A stretch of DNA of 64,000 bases from Planctomycetota bacterium (GCA_036479435.1 JAZGFI010000206.1:14297-78296), one strand, 5' to 3'. Numbered from the stretch's first letter, positions 30,505 through 40,776 are shown. Notes: a model not told the origin generated them from the letters alone. Numbers and translations: made by a program.

Positions 30505-30692
30505 ACGTGAATGTGGTCGATGGCGTTGAGTTTGGGCACCATTTTTACTCTCCCTCAGATACGAGGCCTCATGTCGTGGCTTCGAAACCCGGAATAACAC
30601 CGCCAGCACGGCGGTTGTAGACGATACTCATTTGGTCCTTGCCAGATTCGCAGGGACTTCGGTATTCTTGGTTTGCGTCCAAGTTCACGTGC

Positions 30693-31166
30693 ATGACCCG
30701 GGGGGTCAAAGCCTTGCAATCAGCCCGCGTCCAGATCATTGCGCTTTTGCTCTGCGCCCTGGCTCCGCTGGCTCTTTTGCCTCAAGGTGGCTCGTTTTGC
30801 CTTTGCGCGCCCGCAGAGTGTGCTTGTGGCTCGGCTTGCCAAGACCAAGACAGCGGCAGTGAAGCGACCACGAGTTGCTGTTGCTGCAAGGCTAGCGCGA
30901 CCGCGAAATCCGAAGAGAACGTGGCTGTTACCAAGACGGCCCCGCTATCCACGCCGCATGCCTGCAAGAAATTGAAGGTGTCCGAATCGGAAGCCGCCGA
31001 CATTCTTGACCGCTCCGGCTTTGAGCTTCCCGATCTGACCCCAGCTCTTAGTTGTGGCGGCACCTTAGTTCCCCAGGACTTGGCAACGCGCCGTCTGGAC
31101 TTTGCGAACACGCAGAGCCCAGTCTTTGCGAATCTGCCGCCGATCAATCTACCCCTCACTATCTGA
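30693..31166 (+). CDS. Cys-rich exported protein leading the metal-efflux operon
   Basis: Hydrophobic N-terminus then CLCAPAECACGSAC..SCCCCK; Pro-rich tail. Confidence 0.65.
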   Translation: MTRGVKALQSARVQIIALLLCALAPLALLPQGGSFCLCAPAECACGSACQDQDSGSEATTSCCCCKASATAKSEENVAVTKTAPLSTPHACKKLKVSESEAADILDRSGFELPDLTPALSCGGTLVPQDLATRRLDFANTQSPVFANLPPINLPLTI

Positions 31167-31264
31167 TCTCCACTCGAAACCGAGACTCGGCGTCATCGCT
31201 TCTAAGCGCTGACCCCGCGTGATGTTGACCCATCGTCGACGATTTCGAGTTCAGGAGAAGATCC

Positions 31265-32653
31265 ATGCCTTTTCTACGCATGGGGATGTGCCTTATTGCC
31301 ATCCTCGTCGCGGCGGCTTGTGCCTCGGCCCCCAATCGCTTCCAAGCCGAAGCGAGTTCGGGTAAGGCCCCGGCCAAGTTACGCACGCTGAAAACTAGCC
31401 GCGAGGTTTCGCTCAATGATGCGTCGGGGCGACTGTCCTACCGCAGAGTCTTAGAGCGCGCCCAAAACGCCAACGCCTCGATTCTCGCCGCGCGCGACGC
31501 GTGGGCGGCATCGCGCCAAGTTCGGGCCCAAGCCACCGAGTACCCCGACCCGGTGTTTCGCTTCGGCTACTTTGCGGAGGAAGTGCGGACTCGTACTGGC
31601 GACCAAGTGCTTTCGATCGGGGTCAGCCAGATGATCCCCTGGCCCGGAAAACTCGAATCAAAAGGCCGCGTCGCCGACATCAAGGCCATCCGGGCTGAGC
31701 TCAAAGCCCTCATCGCGACGCGCGACGTCCTTGTCAAGGTCGCGGGCACCTACGTTGAGTACGGCTACCTGGCCGAAGCCATCGAGATTTCGAGCACGAT
31801 CACGGATGCTTGGAAGCGGGTATTGGCCGCGGCCCAAAAAGACCCCAGCCAGCGCCGAGTCGCGGAAACCTTACGCGCCGAAACCGAACTGGCGCAGTCG
31901 CAGTACGACCTTCAGACCTGGCGTGAACTCGCGGAAGTTGAACGCGCTAAGCTCCGAGCACACCTATCTCTGCCGCGCTCGTCGCCGCTTGGGGTGCCGG
32001 CAAAAACCACCGTAGTTTCCGCCTTAGCGCCCCTAGATGAGTTGCAACAGGCGGCACAAGAGCACAACCAAGACCTCGCCTTGGCCCAGGTCACCCTGCG
32101 ATTGCAACGCGAAAAGATCACCCTCGCCGAGCAAAGTGACCGACCCTCCTTCAGCGTTTCGGGGCGCTACATTCCGACGCGCGAACGTCGCGACGCCGAC
32201 CCCCGATACAACGGCAACGACCCCATTTTCGTCGAGCTGGGCGTCACCATCCCGCTCGGCCGCAAAGCCCGCCGCGCCGAAGTCAAAGAAGCGGATCTGC
32301 GCGCGAGATCGGCCAGCCACGCGCGCGATGCGATTCGCTACCAGATCGACGCAGATATTGCGGGTTGGTACTGGAAAGTCATCAACGCGCAGCGGGTCGT
32401 CCGTCTTTACCAAGACTCGCTTTTGCCCCAGGTCCGCCGCGCGGCCCGGGCCGCCGAAGACCTCGCGCAAACCGGAACCAGTGGCCTCGCCGGGCTGCTC
32501 GAGACGGTCGCCAACTGGAGTCACCTTGAGCTGGCCGCAGGGCGCGCCGAGGCTGATCTTAGATTGGCCATGCTGCAACTCGAACGCCGCGTCGGAACGC
32601 CGATGGCGAGCTTCGCGAGCCGCGGCGACCCTAAAACAGGAGCCAAAAAATGA
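31265..32653 (+). CDS. TolC/CusC-family outer membrane efflux lipoprotein
   Basis: Lipobox AAAC; YPDP.F..GVSQMIPWPGKL; GVTIPL; coiled-coil helices. Confidence 0.88.
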   Translation: MPFLRMGMCLIAILVAAACASAPNRFQAEASSGKAPAKLRTLKTSREVSLNDASGRLSYRRVLERAQNANASILAARDAWAASRQVRAQATEYPDPVFRFGYFAEEVRTRTGDQVLSIGVSQMIPWPGKLESKGRVADIKAIRAELKALIATRDVLVKVAGTYVEYGYLAEAIEISSTITDAWKRVLAAAQKDPSQRRVAETLRAETELAQSQYDLQTWRELAEVERAKLRAHLSLPRSSPLGVPAKTTVVSALAPLDELQQAAQEHNQDLALAQVTLRLQREKITLAEQSDRPSFSVSGRYIPTRERRDADPRYNGNDPIFVELGVTIPLGRKARRAEVKEADLRARSASHARDAIRYQIDADIAGWYWKVINAQRVVRLYQDSLLPQVRRAARAAEDLAQTGTSGLAGLLETVANWSHLELAAGRAEADLRLAMLQLERRVGTPMASFASRGDPKTGAKK

Positions 32654-34116
32654 GAGCGCATCGACGTCCTATCTCCGTTGGCTTGGGACTCCTGACCCTC
32701 GCCTTGATCTCGGGCTGCACCAGCCGCCCCGATGAATCACTTGATCGCAGTCGTTTAGATTTTGGGCAACGCTTCATCGCGACGGCCAGCACGTCATCGC
32801 GATTCAAAGCCCAAGGAAGCTCGGGTAACCTCCGCGACCGGAACCCGGTAGAACTAGATGGCCTCCGCGCTTACCGCGCGGATCTGGCCCTCGCCCAAGG
32901 TCTGCGTAAGCCGCAACCGACAGTCCTGTCCTCCGCCGAAGCTCACGACCTCGATGCCTTGCTCCATTTGGCCTGGAAACAGCATCCACAGTTGTTGGCA
33001 AAAAAGCGCGGCCTGCACGCCAGCTACGCTCGCTATCAGCAAACCGACTGGCTCGGAGATTTAGTACGGAGTGTTGAATCCACTCTTCGGCTCGGCCGCA
33101 GCGGGGGCGGGCCGCCCTCTGCGGCCCTTCGCCTTGAAGGCGCGCTTGGCCCTTGGCCCGCCGTTGAAACCCTACGCGGCCAGATCGCCGACCAAGACGT
33201 TCGCGTGGCCTATGAAAGGCTCCGCATGGCGGTTATCGAACGCCGGGCGGAGATTTTAGAGCGCCTCGGAAAACTCGAAGCCGCCGAGGCACGACGAACC
33301 TTGGCGAAACGCCACGCAACCCTCATGAACGACATCGCCGAGATCCTCCATCCGCGGCTCAAATCCGGCGCCTCGCTCCAAGCCGAGATCCTTGCCACGG
33401 AGGCTCGATTTGCCGACTTGATTCGACTAGTCGGCGATCTTGAGCTCAAAAGAACGGACGCGGAGTCTGCGCTGAAAGAAGCCCTCGGTTTCGCCGCGAA
33501 TGCCCCGCTCCCGAGCCTTGTCGGGTCGCCGACAAAAAAGCCCCAGTGGTCGGATGCGAAGAACGATCCAAGAACCGAAATAGCGCGAGCGCGTGTCGAC
33601 CGCATTCGCGCGGGGCTTCGCCTCGCGGAAACCGTCGTGCGGGTTCGTAGCGATGTGGCGACGGCGCGCTTTGAACGTCGCCTGTCCGCAGAAGGCGGAG
33701 TGGGCCGCAAAAAGTCTCTTTCGAGAATCGGCCCACGTCCCCATCCTCGCGCAACCGCGATCGGTCCCGCACTGGCCTTGATCGAAGAGGCCCGTCGTAG
33801 GCTTTTTGCTGCGGAAGCCGAAGTTGAAGCCACAAGACTCAAAGTCAAACGTCAACGCGAGTCCGCGCGAACCGCCGTTGCAACCAGCGCTTTGGAACTC
33901 ACAGCCCTTCGCGAAGAGATCCTGCCGCGCATCAAAGCCGCCTATGACTCGCAGCTCATGAGTCTAGGCCGCGGGAATGCTGGCTATCTCGACGTCATTA
34001 AGATTGCACAACAACTCATCAACACCGAGGACCGTGAAGTGCTTGCACGACGCGCCCTCGCCATAGCCCTGGCGCGAGCCACCGTCGCCAACGGCCGTCC
34101 ATTGCCCACACCCTAG
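32650..34116 (+). CDS. Second, divergent TolC-like lipoprotein
   Basis: Lipobox ISGC; ATGA overlap; OEP-like repeats (AWKQHPQL..; ILPRIKAAYDS..GNAGYLDVI). Confidence 0.72.
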   Translation: MRAHRRPISVGLGLLTLALISGCTSRPDESLDRSRLDFGQRFIATASTSSRFKAQGSSGNLRDRNPVELDGLRAYRADLALAQGLRKPQPTVLSSAEAHDLDALLHLAWKQHPQLLAKKRGLHASYARYQQTDWLGDLVRSVESTLRLGRSGGGPPSAALRLEGALGPWPAVETLRGQIADQDVRVAYERLRMAVIERRAEILERLGKLEAAEARRTLAKRHATLMNDIAEILHPRLKSGASLQAEILATEARFADLIRLVGDLELKRTDAESALKEALGFAANAPLPSLVGSPTKKPQWSDAKNDPRTEIARARVDRIRAGLRLAETVVRVRSDVATARFERRLSAEGGVGRKKSLSRIGPRPHPRATAIGPALALIEEARRRLFAAEAEVEATRLKVKRQRESARTAVATSALELTALREEILPRIKAAYDSQLMSLGRGNAGYLDVIKIAQQLINTEDREVLARRALAIALARATVANGRPLPTP

Positions 34117-34132
34117 AAAGAGGAGACAGTCT

Positions 34133-34792
34133 ATGAACTCCAATCGCTCCAAAATCCTATTCGCGCTCGCTGGCCTTGTGGTGGCGGGTTTTATTGCCGG
34201 CTGGTTGGTGCGCGTTCGCATCAAGAGCGAAGGCCAAAAAAGCGCCCCTCCGGCGACAAGCCGCCCGGCTTCGTCCGGTGCCATGGGTGCCGACGAGCCC
34301 ATGGGTCACAACATGCCCGACAGTCAGCCGATGGTCATGAAGGCCGAGGAAAACTCGAAACTTCTGGATCTGAAGAATCCGCGCTGCCCCGTCATGGGCG
34401 GAAAGTCGGCTCCGGGAGGTGATGTGTACTTGGTCTACAACGGCCTCAAAGTTCACTTTTGCTGCCCGGGTTGCGATGTGGACTTTCTTGAAGATCCCGT
34501 CGGCAACCTGCGCTTGATCCGCGAGATGGGCGTGACGGTCGATGACCGCCTTTTGACTGAAGCCGCAAACCCAGTCCTGGTTCGGGCCAACAATCGAATC
34601 TGTCCGGTCGATGGCAAAGACATTCCGGAAGGAAAAGAGCCCGCTTATGTCGTTCACCGCGGCGTGCGGATTGCGCTGAGCTCTGACGACTGCGTCGCCA
34701 AGTTTGGCAACGACCCCGATGGCTTCTTGATCAAGGCCGCCAAGACCGGGGAAATCCCACAAGATCGACTGGCCGCCGCAAAGGGCAACTAA
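34133..34792 (+). CDS. Membrane-anchored tandem YHS/TRASH-domain metal-binding protein
   Basis: TM anchor; Met/His linker; CPVMGG..YNGLKVHFCCPGC..F..DP and a second CPVDG..DDC..F..DP repeat. Confidence 0.8.
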   Translation: MNSNRSKILFALAGLVVAGFIAGWLVRVRIKSEGQKSAPPATSRPASSGAMGADEPMGHNMPDSQPMVMKAEENSKLLDLKNPRCPVMGGKSAPGGDVYLVYNGLKVHFCCPGCDVDFLEDPVGNLRLIREMGVTVDDRLLTEAANPVLVRANNRICPVDGKDIPEGKEPAYVVHRGVRIALSSDDCVAKFGNDPDGFLIKAAKTGEIPQDRLAAAKGN

Positions 34793-34794
34793 TC

Positions 34795-36228
34795 ATGTTC
34801 ACCAGCCAACGCGTCTTCTACATCCTGGTCGGCCTCACAGCGTTCGTCGTCGGTTTTGGAATCGCCTTCGCCTTGCCGCAAAGTTTGATGTGGCAGGCCG
34901 AATCCAAAATGTCATCTGAGTCCGACGGGGGCGAATCCGAAAGCGCCGGATTTGCCTGCCCGATGTTCTGCGTGGTCATGAAGGAGAAACCAGCGGACGA
35001 AAAGTGCCCGGTTTGCGGCATGGAACTCGGAGAGATCTCTCGTGAGCTCGTCGTCGATGAGCAAGAGCGCTCGATGATCGGCCTCGAGGTTGCGCGCATC
35101 GAGACGAGGTCCCTTGAGCGTCGCCTTTCGATTTGGGGTGAAATCACCTACGACGAGCAAGGCCTCAATACCGTTTCCGCGCGCAGCGCGGGCTGGATCA
35201 CTCAGCTAGAAGCCAAGCAAACCTGGCAAGAAGTCAAAGCTGGCGACATCTTGGCCAAGATCGACGCGCCCGAAGCCACCTCGACCCTTGAGGAGCTTTT
35301 GGTCGCGCGTCGCAGTGGCTCCAAATCCCTTGAAGAGGCTCAACGAGAGCGGCTCGAACTGCTCGGCGTCGATGCCGTCGACATCAAAAAGACTCTGGAA
35401 CTCGGAAAGGCTCCGCGTCTCACGGCACTGCGTGCACCTCAAAAAGGCACCCTGGTGCGACGCCGCATCACCGAAGGTGAGTACGTCAAAAAGGGCCAGA
35501 GCCTCTTTTTGGTCGCCAACCTCGACCGGGTTTGGTTTGAGCTCGAAGTGTTTGAACCCGACGCCCCCCTGTTGCGAAGAAATGGTCGCGTGCTTTTGGA
35601 CCGCGGTGATGGGTCTGCCCTCATCGGCGCCTCAATCGACTGGATCGACCCCATCCTCGACACGCAATCCCGCGTACTGCGAGCGCGCATCGAGTTGGAA
35701 AACCTCGCCGACGCCAAAGGCAACCGACCGTTTCGTATCGGCCAGCGCTTAGAGGCAACCTTGCTCGTGGCCATTGATGCGACCGGCGCTCCCAATCCGG
35801 ACCTGGAAGCACCCGAAGATGTCTTGGCCTTGCCGCGCGATGCGGTGCTCAGCACCGGTAAAAGAAAGGTCGCCTTTGTGATGACGTCGAGTCGCCAGGA
35901 GCAAACAGCCAGCGGGCGGACCTTTCAGCGCACCGTGCGTGAGCTCAATTCCGACCGACTGCCGATGAGGGTGGGCTACGAACTCATCGAACTCGACCTC
36001 GGACCCCTTTCCTATGAGATCGGAGCCCAAGTACGGCGGGAGTTCTACCCGGTGAGAGCGGCCCGCTGGGTCATCGAAGACGGCCCGAGCCAGCTGAAAG
36101 AAGGCTGGGTCGTGGCGACTAAAGGGGCTCTCATGCTCGACGCTCAAGCGCAGCTTGCCGGTTCGCCCTCGCTGTTTTTTCCGCAGGGCAGTGAAACATC
36201 ATCATCCGACCCCCACGCCGGGCATTGA
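34795..36228 (+). CDS. cusB: CusB-type periplasmic adaptor (MFP) with heavy-metal-binding domain
   Basis: FACPM..KCPVCGMEL; ARSAGWI..GDIL; EGEYVKKGQSLF.VANL..VW; C-terminal DPHAGH. Confidence 0.85.
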   Translation: MFTSQRVFYILVGLTAFVVGFGIAFALPQSLMWQAESKMSSESDGGESESAGFACPMFCVVMKEKPADEKCPVCGMELGEISRELVVDEQERSMIGLEVARIETRSLERRLSIWGEITYDEQGLNTVSARSAGWITQLEAKQTWQEVKAGDILAKIDAPEATSTLEELLVARRSGSKSLEEAQRERLELLGVDAVDIKKTLELGKAPRLTALRAPQKGTLVRRRITEGEYVKKGQSLFLVANLDRVWFELEVFEPDAPLLRRNGRVLLDRGDGSALIGASIDWIDPILDTQSRVLRARIELENLADAKGNRPFRIGQRLEATLLVAIDATGAPNPDLEAPEDVLALPRDAVLSTGKRKVAFVMTSSRQEQTASGRTFQRTVRELNSDRLPMRVGYELIELDLGPLSYEIGAQVRREFYPVRAARWVIEDGPSQLKEGWVVATKGALMLDAQAQLAGSPSLFFPQGSETSSSDPHAGH

Positions 36229-36243
36229 AACCGAGGTTAGCTC

Positions 36244-39200
36244 ATGTTGAAATCACTCATTCGCTTCTCGGTGCGAAACCCCGGCATCACGATGGTTTTG
36301 GTGGCGATGCTGCTCGCTTGGGGCTGGCATTCTTGGAACACCAAAACGGTCGACGCCATTCCCGACATCAGCGACAACCAAGTCGTCGTCGTGACGAGCT
36401 GGCCCGGCCGGTCGCCTGAAGACGTCGAAGATCAGATCACGCAGCCTTTGGCGTCGGGGCTTTCCTCGGTCCGCGGCGTCGCGGAAGTCCGTGGACTTTC
36501 GGGCTTTGGATTCTCGCAGGTCTACGTCGTCTTTGAAGACAAAATGCACCTGGTGCCGAGTCAGGCCATCGACGACTTCTACGAAGCTCGCACGCGTATT
36601 CTCGAGAAGCTCGCGGTGTTGACGCCCAAGCTCCCCGAAGGCGCGACCCCCGAGCTCGGTCCCGATGCTACGGCGCTGGGCCAGATATTTATGTACAGCG
36701 TCGAGGGCCCCTACGATCTCGCGACGCTGCGCAGCATCCAAGACTTCGTCGTACGCGACGACCTTCAGGCGGTGAAGGGCGTGGCCGAAGTCGCGAGCAT
36801 CGGCGGCATGCAGCGCGAGTATCAAGTCGATCTCGATGTCGATCGCATGCGAAGATTTGGAGTGAAGATCGAACAAGTCGCCGCGGCTATCAAGCGCTCC
36901 AACATTGATGTCGGAGCCAAGACCATCGAGCAAGGCGGCGGCGAGACCATCGTGCGCGGCTTAGGATTCGTGCGGGAGCGAAAAGACCTTGAGCGAGTGG
37001 TCGTCGGCTACATGACCGAAACTGGATTTAGCGCTCAAGGCATGACGCCCATGGGCGGCAAAACCATGTCGGGCTCGGCGTCTGGCGCGATGAATTCAAA
37101 AGCCGCCGCTCTTGCCCAGACCCAAGATACAAAGGCGGTTGGCGACCGCTTGCGTCCTCACCGTCCGGTCTATGTCGAAGACCTCGGCCAGGTGACGGTG
37201 GGTCCGGCCTTTCGGCGCGGGGCGCTGGCCGACGGTAAGAGTGAGCTGGTCGGCGGCATTGTGGCGATGCGCTTTGGACAAAACCCGCGCGACGTCATTG
37301 GCCGGATTCGCACGCGTATTCAACGCCTTAACGATCCGCAGGCGGGCATCTTGCCCGACAAGGTGAAGATCCGCCCCTTTTACGATCGCACCCAGCTAAC
37401 CGATCAAACGGTGGTGACCTTAGAGACGGCACTGCGCGACGAGCTCCTCATTACTGCCGTCATCGTGCTGCTTTTTTTGTTGCACGTACGCAGCTCTCTC
37501 ATCGTCGCGGTGACCCTGCCCGCCGCAGTCTTAGTCAGTTTCATCTTGATGGATGCACTCGGCGTCGACTCCAACATCATGAGCTTGACGGGTATTGCCA
37601 TCGCGATCGGAACGATGGTCGACATGGCGATCGTCATGACCGAAAACGTCTACCGCGGCGTTTGCGACCGAGAGCCTGGGGTCTCCAGAGAAGAGGCAAT
37701 CGAGGCGGCGGCGATTGAAGTCGGGCCGGCTTTGTTGACGGCAGTGGCGACGACGATAGTGAGCTTCGTGCCGATCTTTTTTCTGACCGACATGGAGGGG
37801 CGGCTGTTTCGCCCGCTCGCCTGGACCAAGACTCTCGCGCTGCTAATGGCGGCGTTCGCGGGGATCTTGTTGGTCCCTGTCCTCTGCCGCATCTTCTTAG
37901 ATCGACGCTTTGGGCCGCGGGGAAAGATTGCCTTGACGACGATTGCCGCCGCCGTCGGCGGTGCGTTGGGATTGCAGTATTCGGGCGCGATCGGGGCCAT
38001 TCTTGGCCTTATCATCGTGGGGGCTTTGGGGTGGCGAGCGGCGGTGGAAAAGCTCGTGCCCTTTGATCGCAATCCGGTCAGCCGCTTCATTAGGCGCATC
38101 TACGAGCCTATGCTTCGCTGGTTTTTGGGCCACAAACTGCCCTTCATCGGCTCGATGGCGCTCTTTGTGCTCCTCGGCATCGCGGTCGCCATTGGTGGTA
38201 AAAGCGTTCTGCGTTGGGCTGAACCCCTAAGCGGTCCCAAGATTCAAGAGACGCGCTTCGCTACTTGGTTTTCGGAGCGCTTCCCCGGCCTGGGCCAGGA
38301 GTTCATGCCTCCGCTCGACGAGGGCAGCCTGCTCTACATGCCGTCGCTGCTGCCCCAAGCTTCGTTGTCGCAAGCGCTTGAGGTCATGAAGCGACAAAAC
38401 GCAATGATGGAGACCGTGCCCGAAGTCATGAAAGTCGTGGGTAAGCTCGGGCGCGCTGAAACTGCCCTCGATCCCGCGCCGATCAGCATGATCGAGACCG
38501 TCGTCATCTTGAAACCCAAGTCGGAGTGGCGGCCGAATGTCTTTAAGCGAGATATCGTTGCCGAGCTGCTTCGAAAGACTCACGTCCCGGGAGTTTTGGA
38601 GGGCGCGGGGGCTTGGCTGCAACCCATCGAGACGCGCGTCATCATGCTCAACAGTGGGCTCCGTGCGCCGATGGCCATTCAGCTCATTGGCCAGCCGCGT
38701 GACAAAGAAGGCCGTTCTTTGGACGCGGGCGATTCCATCGAAGTGCTCGAAGCCGCCGCGCGCCAGGTTCGAGATGTGCTCAAGACTGTGCCCGGCGTCG
38801 CGGGCCCCAACGTCGAGAATCTCGGCGGCAAGCCCTACCTTGAGATCAAAGTCGATCGCATCAAGGCTGGCCACTGGGGACTGTCGGTCGCCGACGTGCA
38901 GAACGCGGTGAAGCTCGCCATTGGCGGGGCTCAGATCGATCAGACCGTCGAAGGCCGCGAGCGTTACGGCATCCGCGTGGCTTGGGCGCGGGAGCGGCGC
39001 GATGATCTTGAGTCGATCCGCCGCCTCCGAGTTCGAAGCAGCGCCGGACGCGAGGTCTTTTTGGAACAAGTGGCTGACATCAGCTTCGCGCGGGGCCCGG
39101 CCGCGATCAAAACCGAAGATGGCCGCGTGCGGCTGCACGTGACTTTTGCGGCGGCCGGGGCGGACGAAGCCACGGTCATGAACAACGCGCTCGACCGCAT

Positions 39201-39900
39201 CGAAGCTTGGCGGCGCAAAATCACCGCGCGCGGCGAGGCCGATCCAATACCTGCCGGAGTCGATCTTAGGTCGGCCGGCCGGTTCGAATCGGCGCAGCGG
39301 GCGCGCGACCGCTTCATGATTTTGATCCCGATTTGCCTCGCGATCATCTTCTTTTTGCTCTACCTGCAGTTTCGCAGTTGGGGGGTTTCGCTGCTGGTGT
39401 TGTCGGCTTTGCCCACCTGCATTGCCGGGGGCTTGATCATGCTCGCGGTGTATCCAGGCCTGCGGGATTTTCTGTTTTCGATAGGCGTTTGGGATGAGCC
39501 CTCATCGGGCCCGATTTACATCACGGTGGCAGTCATCGTCGGCTTTATTGCTTTGGCGGGAATCGCTACCGACGATGGCGTGGTCGTTGCGACCTACTTG
39601 GAGCAGAGCTTCAAAAAGTCAAAGCCGACCAATATTTCGGAAGTTCGCGAAGCCGTGGTGCAAGCGGGCTTGCGCCGCATCCGGCCTTGCCTCATGACCA
39701 CGATGACAACCATCATCGCGCTTTATCCCATCTTGGCTTCCACCGGTCGCGGCAGCGACGTCGCTCAACCCATGGCCCTACCCGCCGTGGGCGGCATGTT
39801 CGCCGAACTGCTCTCGCTGTTCATCGTCCCCGTCATGTACTGCTGGTACCGAGAACGAGGCCTCAAACGCCCAAGCCAAAATCCAAACCCTGATCATTAG
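36244..39900 (+). CDS. cusA: CusA-type RND Cu(I)/Ag(I) efflux permease
   Basis: DAIPDISDNQV, LGPDATALGQI, NIMSLTGIAIAIG, EFMPPLDEGSLLYMP, DPAPISMIET, RIRPCLMT; Met-triad positions conserved. Confidence 0.93.
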   Translation: MLKSLIRFSVRNPGITMVLVAMLLAWGWHSWNTKTVDAIPDISDNQVVVVTSWPGRSPEDVEDQITQPLASGLSSVRGVAEVRGLSGFGFSQVYVVFEDKMHLVPSQAIDDFYEARTRILEKLAVLTPKLPEGATPELGPDATALGQIFMYSVEGPYDLATLRSIQDFVVRDDLQAVKGVAEVASIGGMQREYQVDLDVDRMRRFGVKIEQVAAAIKRSNIDVGAKTIEQGGGETIVRGLGFVRERKDLERVVVGYMTETGFSAQGMTPMGGKTMSGSASGAMNSKAAALAQTQDTKAVGDRLRPHRPVYVEDLGQVTVGPAFRRGALADGKSELVGGIVAMRFGQNPRDVIGRIRTRIQRLNDPQAGILPDKVKIRPFYDRTQLTDQTVVTLETALRDELLITAVIVLLFLLHVRSSLIVAVTLPAAVLVSFILMDALGVDSNIMSLTGIAIAIGTMVDMAIVMTENVYRGVCDREPGVSREEAIEAAAIEVGPALLTAVATTIVSFVPIFFLTDMEGRLFRPLAWTKTLALLMAAFAGILLVPVLCRIFLDRRFGPRGKIALTTIAAAVGGALGLQYSGAIGAILGLIIVGALGWRAAVEKLVPFDRNPVSRFIRRIYEPMLRWFLGHKLPFIGSMALFVLLGIAVAIGGKSVLRWAEPLSGPKIQETRFATWFSERFPGLGQEFMPPLDEGSLLYMPSLLPQASLSQALEVMKRQNAMMETVPEVMKVVGKLGRAETALDPAPISMIETVVILKPKSEWRPNVFKRDIVAELLRKTHVPGVLEGAGAWLQPIETRVIMLNSGLRAPMAIQLIGQPRDKEGRSLDAGDSIEVLEAAARQVRDVLKTVPGVAGPNVENLGGKPYLEIKVDRIKAGHWGLSVADVQNAVKLAIGGAQIDQTVEGRERYGIRVAWARERRDDLESIRRLRVRSSAGREVFLEQVADISFARGPAAIKTEDGRVRLHVTFAAAGADEATVMNNALDRIEAWRRKITARGEADPIPAGVDLRSAGRFESAQRARDRFMILIPICLAIIFFLLYLQFRSWGVSLLVLSALPTCIAGGLIMLAVYPGLRDFLFSIGVWDEPSSGPIYITVAVIVGFIALAGIATDDGVVVATYLEQSFKKSKPTNISEVREAVVQAGLRRIRPCLMTTMTTIIALYPILASTGRGSDVAQPMALPAVGGMFAELLSLFIVPVMYCWYRERGLKRPSQNPNPDH

Positions 39901-39926
39901 GGTCAGACCAAAGTCAACACCCTTTC
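39878..39926 (+). repeat. Dispersed REP-like repeat, copy 2
   Basis: aaaatccaaaccctgatcattagggtcagaccaaagtcaacaccctttc, matching 23532-23581; overlaps the cusA stop. Confidence 0.75.
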
Positions 39927-39947
39927 CCTGCCAACGCTGGCCAAAAC

Positions 39948-40322
39948 TCAGCTGGCGTCTGACCAAACCGCAAGCTCGTTGCCGTGGGGATCAAAAAAGT
40001 GGAAGCGGCGGCCGCCAGGAAACGAAAAGATGCCTTTGCAGATTTCACCCTGCTGGGCGGTCACGCGATCGCGGGTGTCTTCGAGGTTCTTGGCGAACAA
40101 GACGATGAGAGCCGCGCCTTGATCTTGGCGTGACCGCAGGTCGGACTTGAAGAACCCGCCGTTGAAAACCCCGTCGTTGAAGGCGTGGTATTCAGGGCCG
40201 TAAGAGCTGAAAGTCCAGCCGAAAACCGAGGAGTAAAAGGCCTCGACCGCAGCAAAATCCGAAGCGGGAAGCTCAACGTAGTTGATGCTCTTATCGCGAG
40301 GCACAGATGACCCCTCGGTCAA
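39948..40322 (-). CDS. VOC (glyoxalase/bleomycin resistance) family protein
   Basis: INYVELPA..FYSSVFGW.F..YGPEY..FSFPGGRRFHF.DP.GNELAVWS. Confidence 0.92.
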   Translation of the reverse strand: MTEGSSVPRDKSINYVELPASDFAAVEAFYSSVFGWTFSSYGPEYHAFNDGVFNGGFFKSDLRSRQDQGAALIVLFAKNLEDTRDRVTAQQGEICKGIFSFPGGRRFHFFDPHGNELAVWSDAS

Positions 40323-40323
40323 T

Positions 40324-40614
40324 TCAGGCGCCCCACTCGATTTTAACGTCGTCGCGCTCGGCCTTTAGGTCATTCAGGCACTGTCGTAAAGCGCGTGCGT
40401 CGCGCGGCATCCGGCGGTGCAAGTTGGTCCAGCCCGAAATCCGCAGCAAGGGCGGCATGGTGCTTTGCTCGGTGCTGCGAATGCAATCCCAAAAAGCATC
40501 CCAGTTGCCACCGTAGTCACTCGGGAAGCCGAGACTCTCGCCAAGCAACTCGTGCAGTTCAGCCCGAGTTTCTACCGCTGATACGTCCAAACTCGACGCG
40601 ATTGGTTCGGTCAT
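40324..40614 (-). CDS. Barstar family protein
   Basis: ELHELLGESLGFPSDYGGNWDAFWDCI. Confidence 0.9.
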   Translation of the reverse strand: MTEPIASSLDVSAVETRAELHELLGESLGFPSDYGGNWDAFWDCIRSTEQSTMPPLLRISGWTNLHRRMPRDARALRQCLNDLKAERDDVKIEWGA

Positions 40615-40776
40615 GGTTGCCCCGTCGTAACTTATCCTTCATGCACCATCGAGTGGGTCGGCAAAAAGGCAGAGGAAGCCCAATTTTGGCCTCGTCCCAC
40701 GATCTCAACGGCGCACCGTTAACACGGTACCTTGCGAACCTCAGCCAGGACAAGGGCCAGCGGGGCTTAAGACCGC

